A stretch of 64,000 nt of DNA from Bdellovibrionota bacterium (GTDB lineage: Bacteria; Bdellovibrionota_C; UBA2361; JBIKUX01): contig JBIKUX010000003.1 of assembly GCA_044347345.1 (NCBI GenBank), positions 59,983-123,982 on the forward strand, written 5' to 3'. Position numbers and translations under genes: made by a program. The notes beneath the pieces were generated by a model. It saw only the letters and a list, made by a program, of their open reading frames with translations. It was not told where the DNA came from and ran no database searches. The stretch's first letter is position 1. Every line of letters starts with the position of its first letter. Positions 1-9,271 of this stretch are shown in pieces.

Positions 1-354
1 GCGATGGTAGCAACATCTACGCCTAATCCTAATATAAAAAGCTCAACAGTTGGTTATTTGAATCTTTTATCGCAAAATAATGGTAGAGAAGCCTTAATTA
101 TCGCATCAGAAAGGCTAAGCAGAGTTTCAAGAGAAGTAAGTATCATAGGAGCTACCGAATCGAGACTAAATGTAGCAGTAAGTAATTTGTAAACCTCGAT
201 AATAAAAGAGACTGATGCTAGAAGTAGAATTCTTGATGCTGATATTGCACAAGAATCGAGCGAACTTATTAGGCGAGGAATTATTCAGCAAGCTGCTTCT
301 GCCGTTCTAAGTCAAGCAAATATGCAATCTGAGATAGTCCTAGGCTTAATTTAA
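1..354 (+). pseudogene. fliC: Flagellin C-terminal region (5' part outside window) with in-frame TAA at 190-192
   Basis: Frame 1 reads IGATESRLNVAVSNL*TSIIKETDARSRILDADIAQESSELIRRGIIQQAASAVLSQANMQSEIVLGLI*, matching the flagellin C-terminal signature (SRIxDADxAxE...LxQAN); natural stop at 352-354. Confidence 0.85.
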
Positions 355-453
355 AGCTCCCCAAATTATGCTTACTTATATCTATTGACAAAAAGATTAA
401 CCTCCAGATTGTAGTTAAAAAATAAAAAATTTATGATTAACAAAAAGTATCAA

Positions 454-2103
454 TTATTCAGGATTATTCTTTAGAAGAATTTCAAGACGCCGTCCAAGAG
501 CACTTCCGGCCTCCACTTCGTCACTTACAACCTCATCAACTCCAAGGGCGAGTAGCTGATCAATAAAAGATTGAAATCGAGCTCTGACAACAATTCTTGC
601 GTGAGGTGCTACATGACGAACATGCTGTACTATTTGAGTACATGCACTATAACTGGGTAAAGTAATAATAACGACTTTTGTTGATTGAAGATTATGGTGT
701 TCCCATACGCCAAAGTGAGTTGCGTCTGCTATTTCGGTGTGAAACCCCTCTTGCGTAGCTTCTGCTATATTATTTAAATTAAGATCAAAAATGAGAGTAG
801 AATTTTTTTTGTGTTGTAAGGTTTTTCCTACTGAGCGGCCTGCTGGTCCATATCCTACAATAATTACTTCATGAACTTGATCGCGAATTGTTGTAGTGAG
901 ATCTTTCTTGATAATTGAACTATTTTTTCGAAAAATTGTAGTAGCAATAAATTCACCAATTTTATCACTTTTTGCTATCAGAGAGGGGCTTACTAAGAGC
1001 GAACCTATAGTAAGAGATATAGCTAGTTGGTAGTCATCTTCAGTTAGAACTCCTCCATCATAGGCTATTTTACCGAGCACAAATGCAAATTCTCCAACTT
1101 GAGCAAGAACGAGCCCCGATGAGAAAGCTGTTGCTGGTGGGTATCTTAGACCAGCAAGAATAATGGCGACTGCAATTGATTTAACGAGGATTAAAACAAA
1201 TATTCCAAATAGAATTATGAGAAGATGGCTTCCAATCCAGGAAGGGTCTGCCACCATTCCAGCTGAGCCAAAAAAAAGTGTAAGGAGAATAATGCGAAGA
1301 GAACTTATGTCGGCTCTTATTTGAGTTGCAAATAATGAGCTACCTAAAAACATACCAGCGATAAAAGAGCCGAGAGCCGGTGAAAGACCCACTGAGTAAG
1401 CCCCAAAAGCAGAGCCGAGACCTGTAAGAATTGAGAGAAGTAGCGCAAGCTCTCTATTTTGGAGAAGAGTAAATTGCCCTAAAACTCTGACAGCAATTAT
1501 ATTAAGAGCAAGATACAAAACAGATGTAAGAAGAACTCCGTACCCAAGAACTATACCAAGAGTGGAAATAGCACTTATTAAATCACCTCCGTCTACGATA
1601 AGTTTCATTAGAATGGCAAGAGGCACTACAGCTAGATCCTGAACGAGTAGTATAGTAATGGCGTTGCGGCCAAAGAGAGAGTCAGTTTCAGCTCTATCAA
1701 CTAATGTACGTAACACTACTGCTGTGCTGCTTAAGCAGCCTAGGATGCCGCCGGTCAATGCTAGAGGTAAAGATGCTCCAAGCAGAAGTGCAACCAAGGT
1801 CAAAACGGTTAATGTACCGATAACTTGAAGTACTCCGGCTATTACCGGAAGTTTACCAAAAGATTTTATTCTTGCTACTGAAAACTCAAGACCAAGACTA
1901 AAGAGAAGAAGTGAAACACCGAGCTCAGCTATAGCCTCAATTTCATGAGAGGCTGTAATGAGTCCAAAACTACCAGGCCCACCCAGAAACATTCCAGCAA
2001 TAAGATAGCCTAGGATGGGGCTTTGTTTGAATCGAACACATATTCCACCAAGGATTAAGCAGCCGGTTAGTAATATGATTATTTGAAAGAGGTAGGACCA
2101 CAT
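454..2103 (-). CDS. CPA2-family cation:proton antiporter (KefC-like) with C-terminal TrkA-N/RCK domain
   Basis: Multiple TM helices, AELGVSLLLFSLGLE, SSTAVV, LLVQD and QVGEFAFVL motifs; C-terminal IIVGYGPAG Rossmann motif. Confidence 0.9.
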   Translation of the reverse strand: MWSYLFQIIILLTGCLILGGICVRFKQSPILGYLIAGMFLGGPGSFGLITASHEIEAIAELGVSLLLFSLGLEFSVARIKSFGKLPVIAGVLQVIGTLTVLTLVALLLGASLPLALTGGILGCLSSTAVVLRTLVDRAETDSLFGRNAITILLVQDLAVVPLAILMKLIVDGGDLISAISTLGIVLGYGVLLTSVLYLALNIIAVRVLGQFTLLQNRELALLLSILTGLGSAFGAYSVGLSPALGSFIAGMFLGSSLFATQIRADISSLRIILLTLFFGSAGMVADPSWIGSHLLIILFGIFVLILVKSIAVAIILAGLRYPPATAFSSGLVLAQVGEFAFVLGKIAYDGGVLTEDDYQLAISLTIGSLLVSPSLIAKSDKIGEFIATTIFRKNSSIIKKDLTTTIRDQVHEVIIVGYGPAGRSVGKTLQHKKNSTLIFDLNLNNIAEATQEGFHTEIADATHFGVWEHHNLQSTKVVIITLPSYSACTQIVQHVRHVAPHARIVVRARFQSFIDQLLALGVDEVVSDEVEAGSALGRRLEILLKNNPE

Positions 2104-2187
2104 GGTGCGAACCCCAGAAGGATCAGGTTATTAAGCAGTTAAAGTCTCACGCCTTTAGCTTATGAGCAAGTATCTTTGAGTTAAGTT

Positions 2188-3291
2188 TTAAGAAATTATT
2201 ATCTTGGGAAATCTCATACCAAATTCATTATCAAGAAATAAGGGTAAAGGGATATCTTCATTTTTTAGATATCCTTTCCTATCACCTAGTGCGCCGTTAA
2301 GAGTTATATCTAAAGCAGCACAGATGCTTGAAGCGGTGCAGACTTGGATAGCAGAAAAGTGTCTCTGGCCAATAAACTGATTGTATACTTTTGCGACATA
2401 AGATTTTTGCTTTAGTTTGTTATCTATTAATCCATCTACTTCAACAAAAATAACGCACACATCTTGATTGGTTGATGGAATAGTTTTTTCAAGTAGTTCT
2501 TTTAATAGAGGCCTGTTGTGATTAAGTTGAAGGTCTTCCATTAAAAATACCATAAGTGCATGGTGTCCATGGTAGCGAATCGATTTATAGTTTATATTTT
2601 GTACTTTATTTTCAAAGGTCTCACATAGACTCCCGATACCCCCGGAGGTATTAAAGGCTTCAAATGACTCCCCATCAATTGATAAGCTTTCATGACCCTC
2701 TAGGGGTAAAACTTTTTCGCGTCTACCGTCTCGAATTATCTCACACCAATTACCATACTCGTTTATAAGCCCATCAATTGACCAAGAAATATAATATTTA
2801 AGCCTATTTGATGGATATAGTGGTAACGCCCCTACACGAATCTTTATTGACTCTACGCTATCAAAAAGTGAGGCAAGATAAGCAGCCGAAATACTGACAA
2901 AGCCAGGTGCAAGCCCACATTGCGGCATAACAATACTTGTTGCGTTAAGCGCATTAAGTCTTGTTGTTTCAGTTGATTTTACATCTTCGGTAAGATCAAA
3001 ATAATGTACACCTCCACCAATTGCTGCTGATACAACATATTGGTTTAAATGAAACGGAAGCGCATTTAATACAGCAATATGATCTTTTAACAAATACCTT
3101 AACGACAATGTATCTGTCACGTTACACGATTGACTAACGCAATTTGGAAAAAAAGAAGCGACTTTTTGAGCTAGAGATATATCTTGATCGCACACAGTAA
3201 CGTTATATTTTCCAGATGAGGAAAGAAGAGCTGCTATAGCCTCACCAATATTACCGGCGCCAAGTAACAGTACTCTCTTTTTATCCGGCAT
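2188..3291 (-). CDS. Saccharopine dehydrogenase / lysine 6-dehydrogenase family oxidoreductase
   Basis: LLLGAGNIG NAD motif; HYFDLTEDV, PQCGLAPG, WSIDGLINEY, YKSIRYHGH. Confidence 0.85.
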   Translation of the reverse strand: MPDKKRVLLLGAGNIGEAIAALLSSSGKYNVTVCDQDISLAQKVASFFPNCVSQSCNVTDTLSLRYLLKDHIAVLNALPFHLNQYVVSAAIGGGVHYFDLTEDVKSTETTRLNALNATSIVMPQCGLAPGFVSISAAYLASLFDSVESIKIRVGALPLYPSNRLKYYISWSIDGLINEYGNWCEIIRDGRREKVLPLEGHESLSIDGESFEAFNTSGGIGSLCETFENKVQNINYKSIRYHGHHALMVFLMEDLQLNHNRPLLKELLEKTIPSTNQDVCVIFVEVDGLIDNKLKQKSYVAKVYNQFIGQRHFSAIQVCTASSICAALDITLNGALGDRKGYLKNEDIPLPLFLDNEFGMRFPKIIIS

Positions 3292-3375
3292 ACAAAGCTA
3301 CCCATTTGAAATATAAAAAAATCCTACATTCTTTTGATGTAATGAAAGTAGAGTAAAGATGCAAAAGTATTCCAA

Positions 3376-3391
3376 TGGCATCGTATTTGCA
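3376..3391 (+). promoter_or_regulatory. Sigma-54 (-24/-12) promoter of the motA operon
   Basis: TGGCATCGTATTTGCA with exact GG-N10-GC spacing, about 40 bp upstream of motA. Confidence 0.8.
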
Positions 3392-3433
3392 GCTTATAAC
3401 CTGTTTTAAAACGGGTCACATTATAAATTACTA

Positions 3434-4291
3434 TTGATAATGAATGATTTAGAGTCTGTGGTGCCACATAACTTTCGTCAAAACTCTGACAGCTTTCTTC
3501 TTCGGGACTTTAATCCAATTAAAGAGACAAACCGAATTGAGAAAGGTTGGATTATTGGTGTTGCTACAATATCGCTCTTATTTGCTACAATGGTATTCGT
3601 TGGAGGGTCCGTAAATCAGCTTGTTCATATACCAAGTCTGTGCTTTATAGTTATTGGCACATGTGCTTCTGTATTACTCCAATGCGGTCTTAATCCATTC
3701 GAAAAGGCATTAAGACTTGCAGCGACTGCTTTTTTTGATAGACCAGATGAAGTATCAAACAGAATTGATTGGTTAGTTGAAGTTGCTACTACAGTTCGTA
3801 AGGAAGGGAGATTGATTGCTGAGCAGTTGCGAACTGAGGTAGACGATACTACTTTAAGAGCTGGTTTAGAGGGAATAGCAGATGGAATATCAGAAGAAAC
3901 ACTGAGAAGAAATCTGAGTCGATTTTATGAGAATAGGTTGACTATCCTTCAAGAAGGAACAACTGTCTTTGAAACATTTGCCCTGTATGCTCCTGCTTTT
4001 GGATTGATCGGTACAGTTCTTGGATTGATTAATCTTTTAGGCTCTCTAGGAGACTTAGAGAAAATGGGCCCACAGATGGCCTTAGCGCTTCTTACAACGC
4101 TATACGGGGCAATTTTGGGAAATGTTGTCTGCTTACCTATTGCTGGACGTTTGCGTACTCTTCGAGAGAAGGAAATAAAACTAGCAGAATTATCAACTGA
4201 GGGATTAATCTCAATTCTTAATGAAGAAAGCGTTGTTATCTTAACGCAGAGGTTGAAGCCATTTGGAGAAGTACAAACCCATGCTAGGTAG
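3434..4291 (+). CDS. motA: Flagellar stator protein MotA/PomA
   Basis: APAFGLIGTVLGLI and MALALLTTLYGAILGN motifs; first gene of flagellar cluster. Confidence 0.9.
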   Translation: MIMNDLESVVPHNFRQNSDSFLLRDFNPIKETNRIEKGWIIGVATISLLFATMVFVGGSVNQLVHIPSLCFIVIGTCASVLLQCGLNPFEKALRLAATAFFDRPDEVSNRIDWLVEVATTVRKEGRLIAEQLRTEVDDTTLRAGLEGIADGISEETLRRNLSRFYENRLTILQEGTTVFETFALYAPAFGLIGTVLGLINLLGSLGDLEKMGPQMALALLTTLYGAILGNVVCLPIAGRLRTLREKEIKLAELSTEGLISILNEESVVILTQRLKPFGEVQTHAR

Positions 4292-4778
4292 CAACATTGA
4301 TTATAAAAAAATCGTGTCAAAAAAGACAACAAGTATAGTCGTATCTAGAGAATTACTCTCCACAATGCTTTTAATCCTCGTGTTACTAGTAACCATCAAA
4401 AAAGGTGTTACAAGTGACCTTAGAAGCAATAAGGGAGAAATTACCAGCAATCAAAGGGTGAACACGGACGGCTCTTATTCCAAAGTGATTCTATATCGGG
4501 ATTTTGATATTTCTAATGAAGAGTCCATCAATTTTGTCGCAGCCTCAATAAAACACTTATTAGTTTCTCATGATCTATCGGCGACAATAATTTCTTCACA
4601 TGAGTCAATCAAAGATGCTGAAGATATAGGGGAGAATATTTGGAGTGTACTCAAACAACAACAAGCGCCACTGCAGTATGTGCGAGTGCTAACAAGCACG
4701 GGTCAGGGTAAGTCTATACGTTTAATATTGTATGAAACAAAAATTCAAGATAGTGGCCACGGGAGTTATTCATTGTGA
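4263..4778 (+). CDS. Single-TM membrane protein, possibly highly degenerate MotB-like
   Basis: One N-terminal hydrophobic segment (RELLSTMLLILVLLV), overlaps motA end; no clear OmpA-like motif; start uncertain. Confidence 0.45.
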   Translation: MEKYKPMLGSNIDYKKIVSKKTTSIVVSRELLSTMLLILVLLVTIKKGVTSDLRSNKGEITSNQRVNTDGSYSKVILYRDFDISNEESINFVAASIKHLLVSHDLSATIISSHESIKDAEDIGENIWSVLKQQQAPLQYVRVLTSTGQGKSIRLILYETKIQDSGHGSYSL

Positions 4779-5269
4779 ATCACAATGACATTCTATTTAC
4801 CGATATTGTAACTCTTTTAGTAACATTTTTTGTCTTGATCATTGCCAAAATTCCCCACGATGCAAAAGTAACTATTACGCAAAACCAATCTTTAAGTACT
4901 ACCGAAACTATTTGCACTAAAAATGGCATAAGCAGTGCATTAGTTAGTTTTGATATAAAAGATGTTAAAAAAATGACACAAATCTACAGGTGGGAGGCAG
5001 CAAAGTTAAACAACGGTATATTGCAGGCAAAGCTTGATGAGGTAACAAATGTGATAAATAAAGTGGCGTGTAAGGGTAATATTGCTGCCCTAATAATCAC
5101 TCACTTTCGGATAAGTGAGGATTTAATAAACCTTATTCGTAAAAGAATAGAACAAGCTACAAATTCGTCAGTCCAAATATGGACAGTGGTTAAGAACAGT
5201 TCGACTGAGGTATTTAGTGTTAACGGTCATAGTCGACTAATAATTGAAGTTGAGCAGTATGGCTCCTGA
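4775..5269 (+). CDS. Short divergent MotB-like stator protein
   Basis: N-terminal FTDIVTLLVTFFVLI matches the MotB TM motif (DxxTLLxxFFVL) with the conserved Asp; lies between motA and fliL. Confidence 0.65.
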   Translation: MNHNDILFTDIVTLLVTFFVLIIAKIPHDAKVTITQNQSLSTTETICTKNGISSALVSFDIKDVKKMTQIYRWEAAKLNNGILQAKLDEVTNVINKVACKGNIAALIITHFRISEDLINLIRKRIEQATNSSVQIWTVVKNSSTEVFSVNGHSRLIIEVEQYGS

Positions 5270-5807
5270 ACAGACAGAATCCACAAAAAGCGAAGTTATT
5301 CCTACAGAAGCTGGGGGAAAATCAAATCGCTTTCTTATGATTATAGTTGTTCTTCAGTTTGTGACAATAATCGGCTTAATTTCTCTTTATTTTGGTTTTC
5401 TAAAACCCGGTGATGGTGGAGCAAATGAAAATATAGCGGGTGAAGAAATAGATGCAAAAGATAATGAAAAACAGCCTGGCCAAGAGGAAGAGCCACTTGA
5501 AAATGAAAGACCTCTTGGTGCAATTGTACCTCTTGATACACTAATTCTAAATCTTCGAGATTCAGGATTTCTAAAGATAAGAATTCAACTTGAATTTATT
5601 GAAAGAGAAGTTCCAAGTAGATACTACTCAAGGGAGGTAGTACTACGAGATAGCGTGATTGCCTTACTTAATACAAAAACAAAAGATGAGCTTTTATCAT
5701 CGAGAGGAAAGGATAACCTTCGGAGTGAAATTAAGGAATTAATGAATGAGGCGCTGAAGAAGGCACTTATAGAGCACGTTTATTTTTCAGAGTACGTTAT
5801 AAGATAA
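5259..5807 (+). CDS. fliL: Flagellar basal body-associated protein FliL
   Basis: N-terminal TM, LILNL...FLK, LRDSVIALL, GKDNLR, VYFSEYVI; ATG at 5259 preferred over TTG 5244. Confidence 0.9.
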   Translation: MAPEQTESTKSEVIPTEAGGKSNRFLMIIVVLQFVTIIGLISLYFGFLKPGDGGANENIAGEEIDAKDNEKQPGQEEEPLENERPLGAIVPLDTLILNLRDSGFLKIRIQLEFIEREVPSRYYSREVVLRDSVIALLNTKTKDELLSSRGKDNLRSEIKELMNEALKKALIEHVYFSEYVIR

Positions 5808-5867
5808 AAATATTTTTAGTTTTTTAGAGCAGAGTTAATTTAGTGAATTCGGAGATACTAGAAAAAT

Positions 5868-6896
5868 ATGAATCAAGTTTTATCTCAAGACGAGATTAAT
5901 TCTCTTTTAAGTGGTCTTTCTGATAATAGTGTTGAAAAAGGACCAGAGTATACAGATTCCCGAGTGTCAAACGCTCGACGTTTTGATTTAGCTAATCAAG
6001 AAAGAATTATTCGTGGGCGAATGCCCACCATGGAACTTATCCATGATCGTTTTTCAAGAAACTTTCGTACACACCTTTCAAAGTTTTTAGGTAGAACATG
6101 CTTTGCCAACGTTGGAACGATTGAGAGTGTGAAGTTTGGATTGTTTATGAAGAAACTTCCGCTTCCCTCATCACTTCATATTTTTCGGATTCCGCCTTTG
6201 ACTGGATATGCGTTAATGGTAGTTTCTGCACCGCTTCTTTTCGGGATCATCGATAGCCTATTTGGAGGTAGTGGTCAGGGTAAGGTAAGAATTGAGGGGC
6301 GTGAGTATACTCCGATTGAGATTCGATTAATCGGTAAAGTAGTTATGATGGCGCTAGATACACTTAAAGAGGCATGGGCGCCAATCCATCCTGTAGATTT
6401 CATCTATGTTAGATCTGAATTTAATCCACTGGCGGTAGCAATAGTTCCACCGACCGATTTAGTAATAATCATTTCAATAGAAATAGAGTTAGAGCAAGAT
6501 AGTGCCCCACTTACAATATGTATCCCTTACTCTACTGTTGAACCACTTAGGTCAAAGTTATCAACTGGATTTCAGAGTACGAGACTTGAAGTTGATACAG
6601 GAGTTGCAAGGAGATTAGAGACTAATATTAGGCAAACAACTGCAAGCGTTTCTGTTCAGCTAGCTAGAGGAAAGATTTCAGCTCATCAACTTCTTTCTCT
6701 TCAAAAAGGTGATATAATGCGCCTCGATACATACCCTTCTGAAGAAGCTCTTGTGCTTATTGAGGGAACTCCAAGATTCTACGGTTTTGTGGGTAGCTGT
6801 CGCGGTAATAGAGCTGTGCGCATCACTCAACCAATTCCTCAGCGCGATCTTATCAACATCAAAAATAAACAGGAACTATTGACTTATGGCGAATGA
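5868..6896 (+). CDS. fliM: Flagellar switch protein FliM
   Basis: VLSQDEINSLL CheY-binding N-terminus, IIRGRMPTME, EGREYTPIE. Confidence 0.97.
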   Translation: MNQVLSQDEINSLLSGLSDNSVEKGPEYTDSRVSNARRFDLANQERIIRGRMPTMELIHDRFSRNFRTHLSKFLGRTCFANVGTIESVKFGLFMKKLPLPSSLHIFRIPPLTGYALMVVSAPLLFGIIDSLFGGSGQGKVRIEGREYTPIEIRLIGKVVMMALDTLKEAWAPIHPVDFIYVRSEFNPLAVAIVPPTDLVIIISIEIELEQDSAPLTICIPYSTVEPLRSKLSTGFQSTRLEVDTGVARRLETNIRQTTASVSVQLARGKISAHQLLSLQKGDIMRLDTYPSEEALVLIEGTPRFYGFVGSCRGNRAVRITQPIPQRDLINIKNKQELLTYGE

Positions 6897-7242
6897 TGAA
6901 GGACTCGAATCCTTTGAAGGTATTGCTGATGCAGCAGGTGGAATATCTGATGCGGCTGGTGGGTTAGGGCTTAGGCAGCCTCATAGTATAGATCTTATTA
7001 AAGATGTGCAGCTTCAGATATCTGTTGAGGTGGGGCGAGCAAGGATGACAATTCAAGATATTTTGCAATTAGGACAGGGTTCAGTTTTAGAACTAGAGAA
7101 GCTAGCTGGAGAGCCACTTGATATTTTTGTTAATGGAAAGCATATCGCAAAAGGTGAGGCTGTTATTGTAAACGAAAAATTTGGTGTGAGATTAACTGAT
7201 ATCCTCTCGCCAGAGGATAGACTTGGAAACATTGGATCGTAA
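6886..7242 (+). CDS. fliN: Flagellar switch protein FliN
   Basis: SVEVGR...GSVLELEKLAGEPLDIFVNG...GEAVIVNEKFGVR. Confidence 0.97.
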   Translation: MANDEGLESFEGIADAAGGISDAAGGLGLRQPHSIDLIKDVQLQISVEVGRARMTIQDILQLGQGSVLELEKLAGEPLDIFVNGKHIAKGEAVIVNEKFGVRLTDILSPEDRLGNIGS

Positions 7243-8065
7243 AGTGAGAATCACCGATTTGAGGCTACCAAGCAATATGACAACCCCATGGGGAATGATA
7301 TCCTTATTAGTCATATTTTTTTTTACACAGCTTGCTCCCGATACAGCTACAGCTCAGGATAGTGTGAAACTACCTATTCCAGACATATCTATATCTGTAA
7401 GCGGAGATGCAGTAGGAACTTCCTCAGCGCCTCTTTCGGCAAGTATAAAGTTAGTACTTCTTTTAACAACACTGACGTTTGCACCTGCAATGGTGTTAAC
7501 TATGACATCATTTACCAGAATTATTATTGTTCTAGGCATGGCTAGAACGTCTCTTGGTACAGGCTCAGCTCCGCCAAACATGGTAATAACAGGCTTAGCG
7601 ATTTTTCTTACTATGGCAATAATGGGCCCCATTTTTAATAAAGCCTATCTAGATGGGATTCAACCTTATCTAGGTGGTCAGATGGCTGAGGAGCAAGCAC
7701 TTTCCAAAGCCATAGCACCATTTAGAACTTTTCTTATTGCAAACGCGCGAGATAAGGATATTGAATTATTTCTCGAAGTAACTAAGACAACACGTCCGAA
7801 GGATGTAATTGATTTACCACTTAATGTGCTTGTTCCAGCTTTTGTAATCAGTGAACTAAATAGCGCTTTTCAAATTGGTTTTTTAATTGCCCTACCATTT
7901 TTAGTACTTGATATGGTGGTATCATCAGTTCTCACCTCAATGAGTATGATTACATTACCGCCAGTAGTAATCTCTTTGCCATTAAAGTTAATGCTTTTTG
8001 TAATTGTAGATGGCTGGCATCTTCTGGTTTCTTCATTAGTGCGAACATATACGGTGACTTTATGA
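7223..8065 (+). CDS. fliP: Flagellar export gate protein FliP
   Basis: MTSFTRIIIV, PPNMV, PAFVISEL..AFQIGF, LPLKLMLFVIVDGW; true start may be later. Confidence 0.97.
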   Translation: METLDRKVRITDLRLPSNMTTPWGMISLLVIFFFTQLAPDTATAQDSVKLPIPDISISVSGDAVGTSSAPLSASIKLVLLLTTLTFAPAMVLTMTSFTRIIIVLGMARTSLGTGSAPPNMVITGLAIFLTMAIMGPIFNKAYLDGIQPYLGGQMAEEQALSKAIAPFRTFLIANARDKDIELFLEVTKTTRPKDVIDLPLNVLVPAFVISELNSAFQIGFLIALPFLVLDMVVSSVLTSMSMITLPPVVISLPLKLMLFVIVDGWHLLVSSLVRTYTVTL

Positions 8066-8331
8066 TGATAGATGATTTTCTGAGATTAGGACAATTAGCA
8101 ATTCAGACTGCACTTTACGTTTCAGCTCCAATCCTTGGATTAGGGCTCATAGCTGGCTTAGTGGTAAGTATTTTTCAAGCAGCAACTCAAATCAGTGATT
8201 CGAGTGTAGCATTTATTCCAAAAATTGGTGCTGCTGTTCTTGGATTAGTGGTGTTTGGACATTTCATGATCTCTCGTATAGCTAAGTTTACCGAGCTTCT
8301 TTATTCCCAAATACCTACATTGATTCGTTAG
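8062..8331 (+). CDS. fliQ: Flagellar export protein FliQ
   Basis: GLVVSIFQAATQI...FIPKI; position between fliP and fliR. Confidence 0.95.
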   Translation: MMIDDFLRLGQLAIQTALYVSAPILGLGLIAGLVVSIFQAATQISDSSVAFIPKIGAAVLGLVVFGHFMISRIAKFTELLYSQIPTLIR

Positions 8332-8339
8332 CAGATTAA

Positions 8340-9158
8340 ATGGTAACTCAGTCGGGCTTTACTGGTCCGGAAACTCTTGGCCCGTTCATCGAGAGTAATC
8401 TTCCTGTAATATGGATGTTTCTACTACTTACTGCAAGGTATATTGGGCTACTTCTATTTCTTCCTGGTCTTGGCTCTGGAGCAAGCGGCATAGCTATCCG
8501 TTATCCAGCTGTGATTGTTCTTTCTTGGGCGTCTCTTCAACCAGACCTTATTAGCGAAGTACCGTCTAATTTAGGATTGTTAGTACTAGCTATAATAAGT
8601 GAGTTAATATTAGGGACAATTATTGGATTTGTACCTCGATTGGTAGTGGCAGGAGTAAATTCAGCTGGTCAGTTTGTTAGTACAGCTATGGGATTAAATG
8701 CTGGTCAGGTTATTGATCCAACTACAGCATCACAGTCAACTGAAATTGGGCGCATTCTTGGAGATATAGCTACACTTATGTTTTTGTTCATGGGTGGTGA
8801 GCGTGCAATGATTTATCTTGCGTCTGGTGCAAAGCAAGGTTTGATTCCAGGAGTCTTTATTATTCAAGAGGTAACCATTGATTTTTTAATTCGTGAAACT
8901 GGAAACGTTATAACAATGGGTGTTTTATTATCTGCCCCAGTGGTAGTTGCATTATTACTCGTGCAATTAGTTATGGGTATAATTTCTAAAGCTGTATCAA
9001 CAATAAATGTATTTGTTGTTAGCTTCCCCATAACTGTGGGTGCAGGGTTGATTATATTGCTATTTTCAATAGCCTCGATAGTAAGACTAACAGAGAAAGA
9101 ATTTAGGCGTCTCGAAACTCAAATATTTGAAATAATTTTGTCCCAGTCAAGGAAGTGA
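8340..9158 (+). CDS. fliR: Flagellar export protein FliR
   Basis: Hydrophobic; AGQFVSTAMGL...DP, INVFVVSFPI; synteny. Confidence 0.92.
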   Translation: MVTQSGFTGPETLGPFIESNLPVIWMFLLLTARYIGLLLFLPGLGSGASGIAIRYPAVIVLSWASLQPDLISEVPSNLGLLVLAIISELILGTIIGFVPRLVVAGVNSAGQFVSTAMGLNAGQVIDPTTASQSTEIGRILGDIATLMFLFMGGERAMIYLASGAKQGLIPGVFIIQEVTIDFLIRETGNVITMGVLLSAPVVVALLLVQLVMGIISKAVSTINVFVVSFPITVGAGLIILLFSIASIVRLTEKEFRRLETQIFEIILSQSRK

Positions 9159-9209
9159 AAATATTTTGTTGAGCTTTCTAATTTTGTTCCCCATTTGAAA
9201 TCTTATAGC

Positions 9210-9225
9210 TGGCTCTATGCTTGCA
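9210..9225 (+). promoter_or_regulatory. Sigma-54 promoter upstream of flhB
   Basis: TGGCTCTATGCTTGCA, GG-N10-GC, in the fliR-flhB gap. Confidence 0.75.
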
Positions 9226-9271
9226 AGTCTTATTCACTTGCATTGATCAATGTGTATAGAGCGTCATTAAA

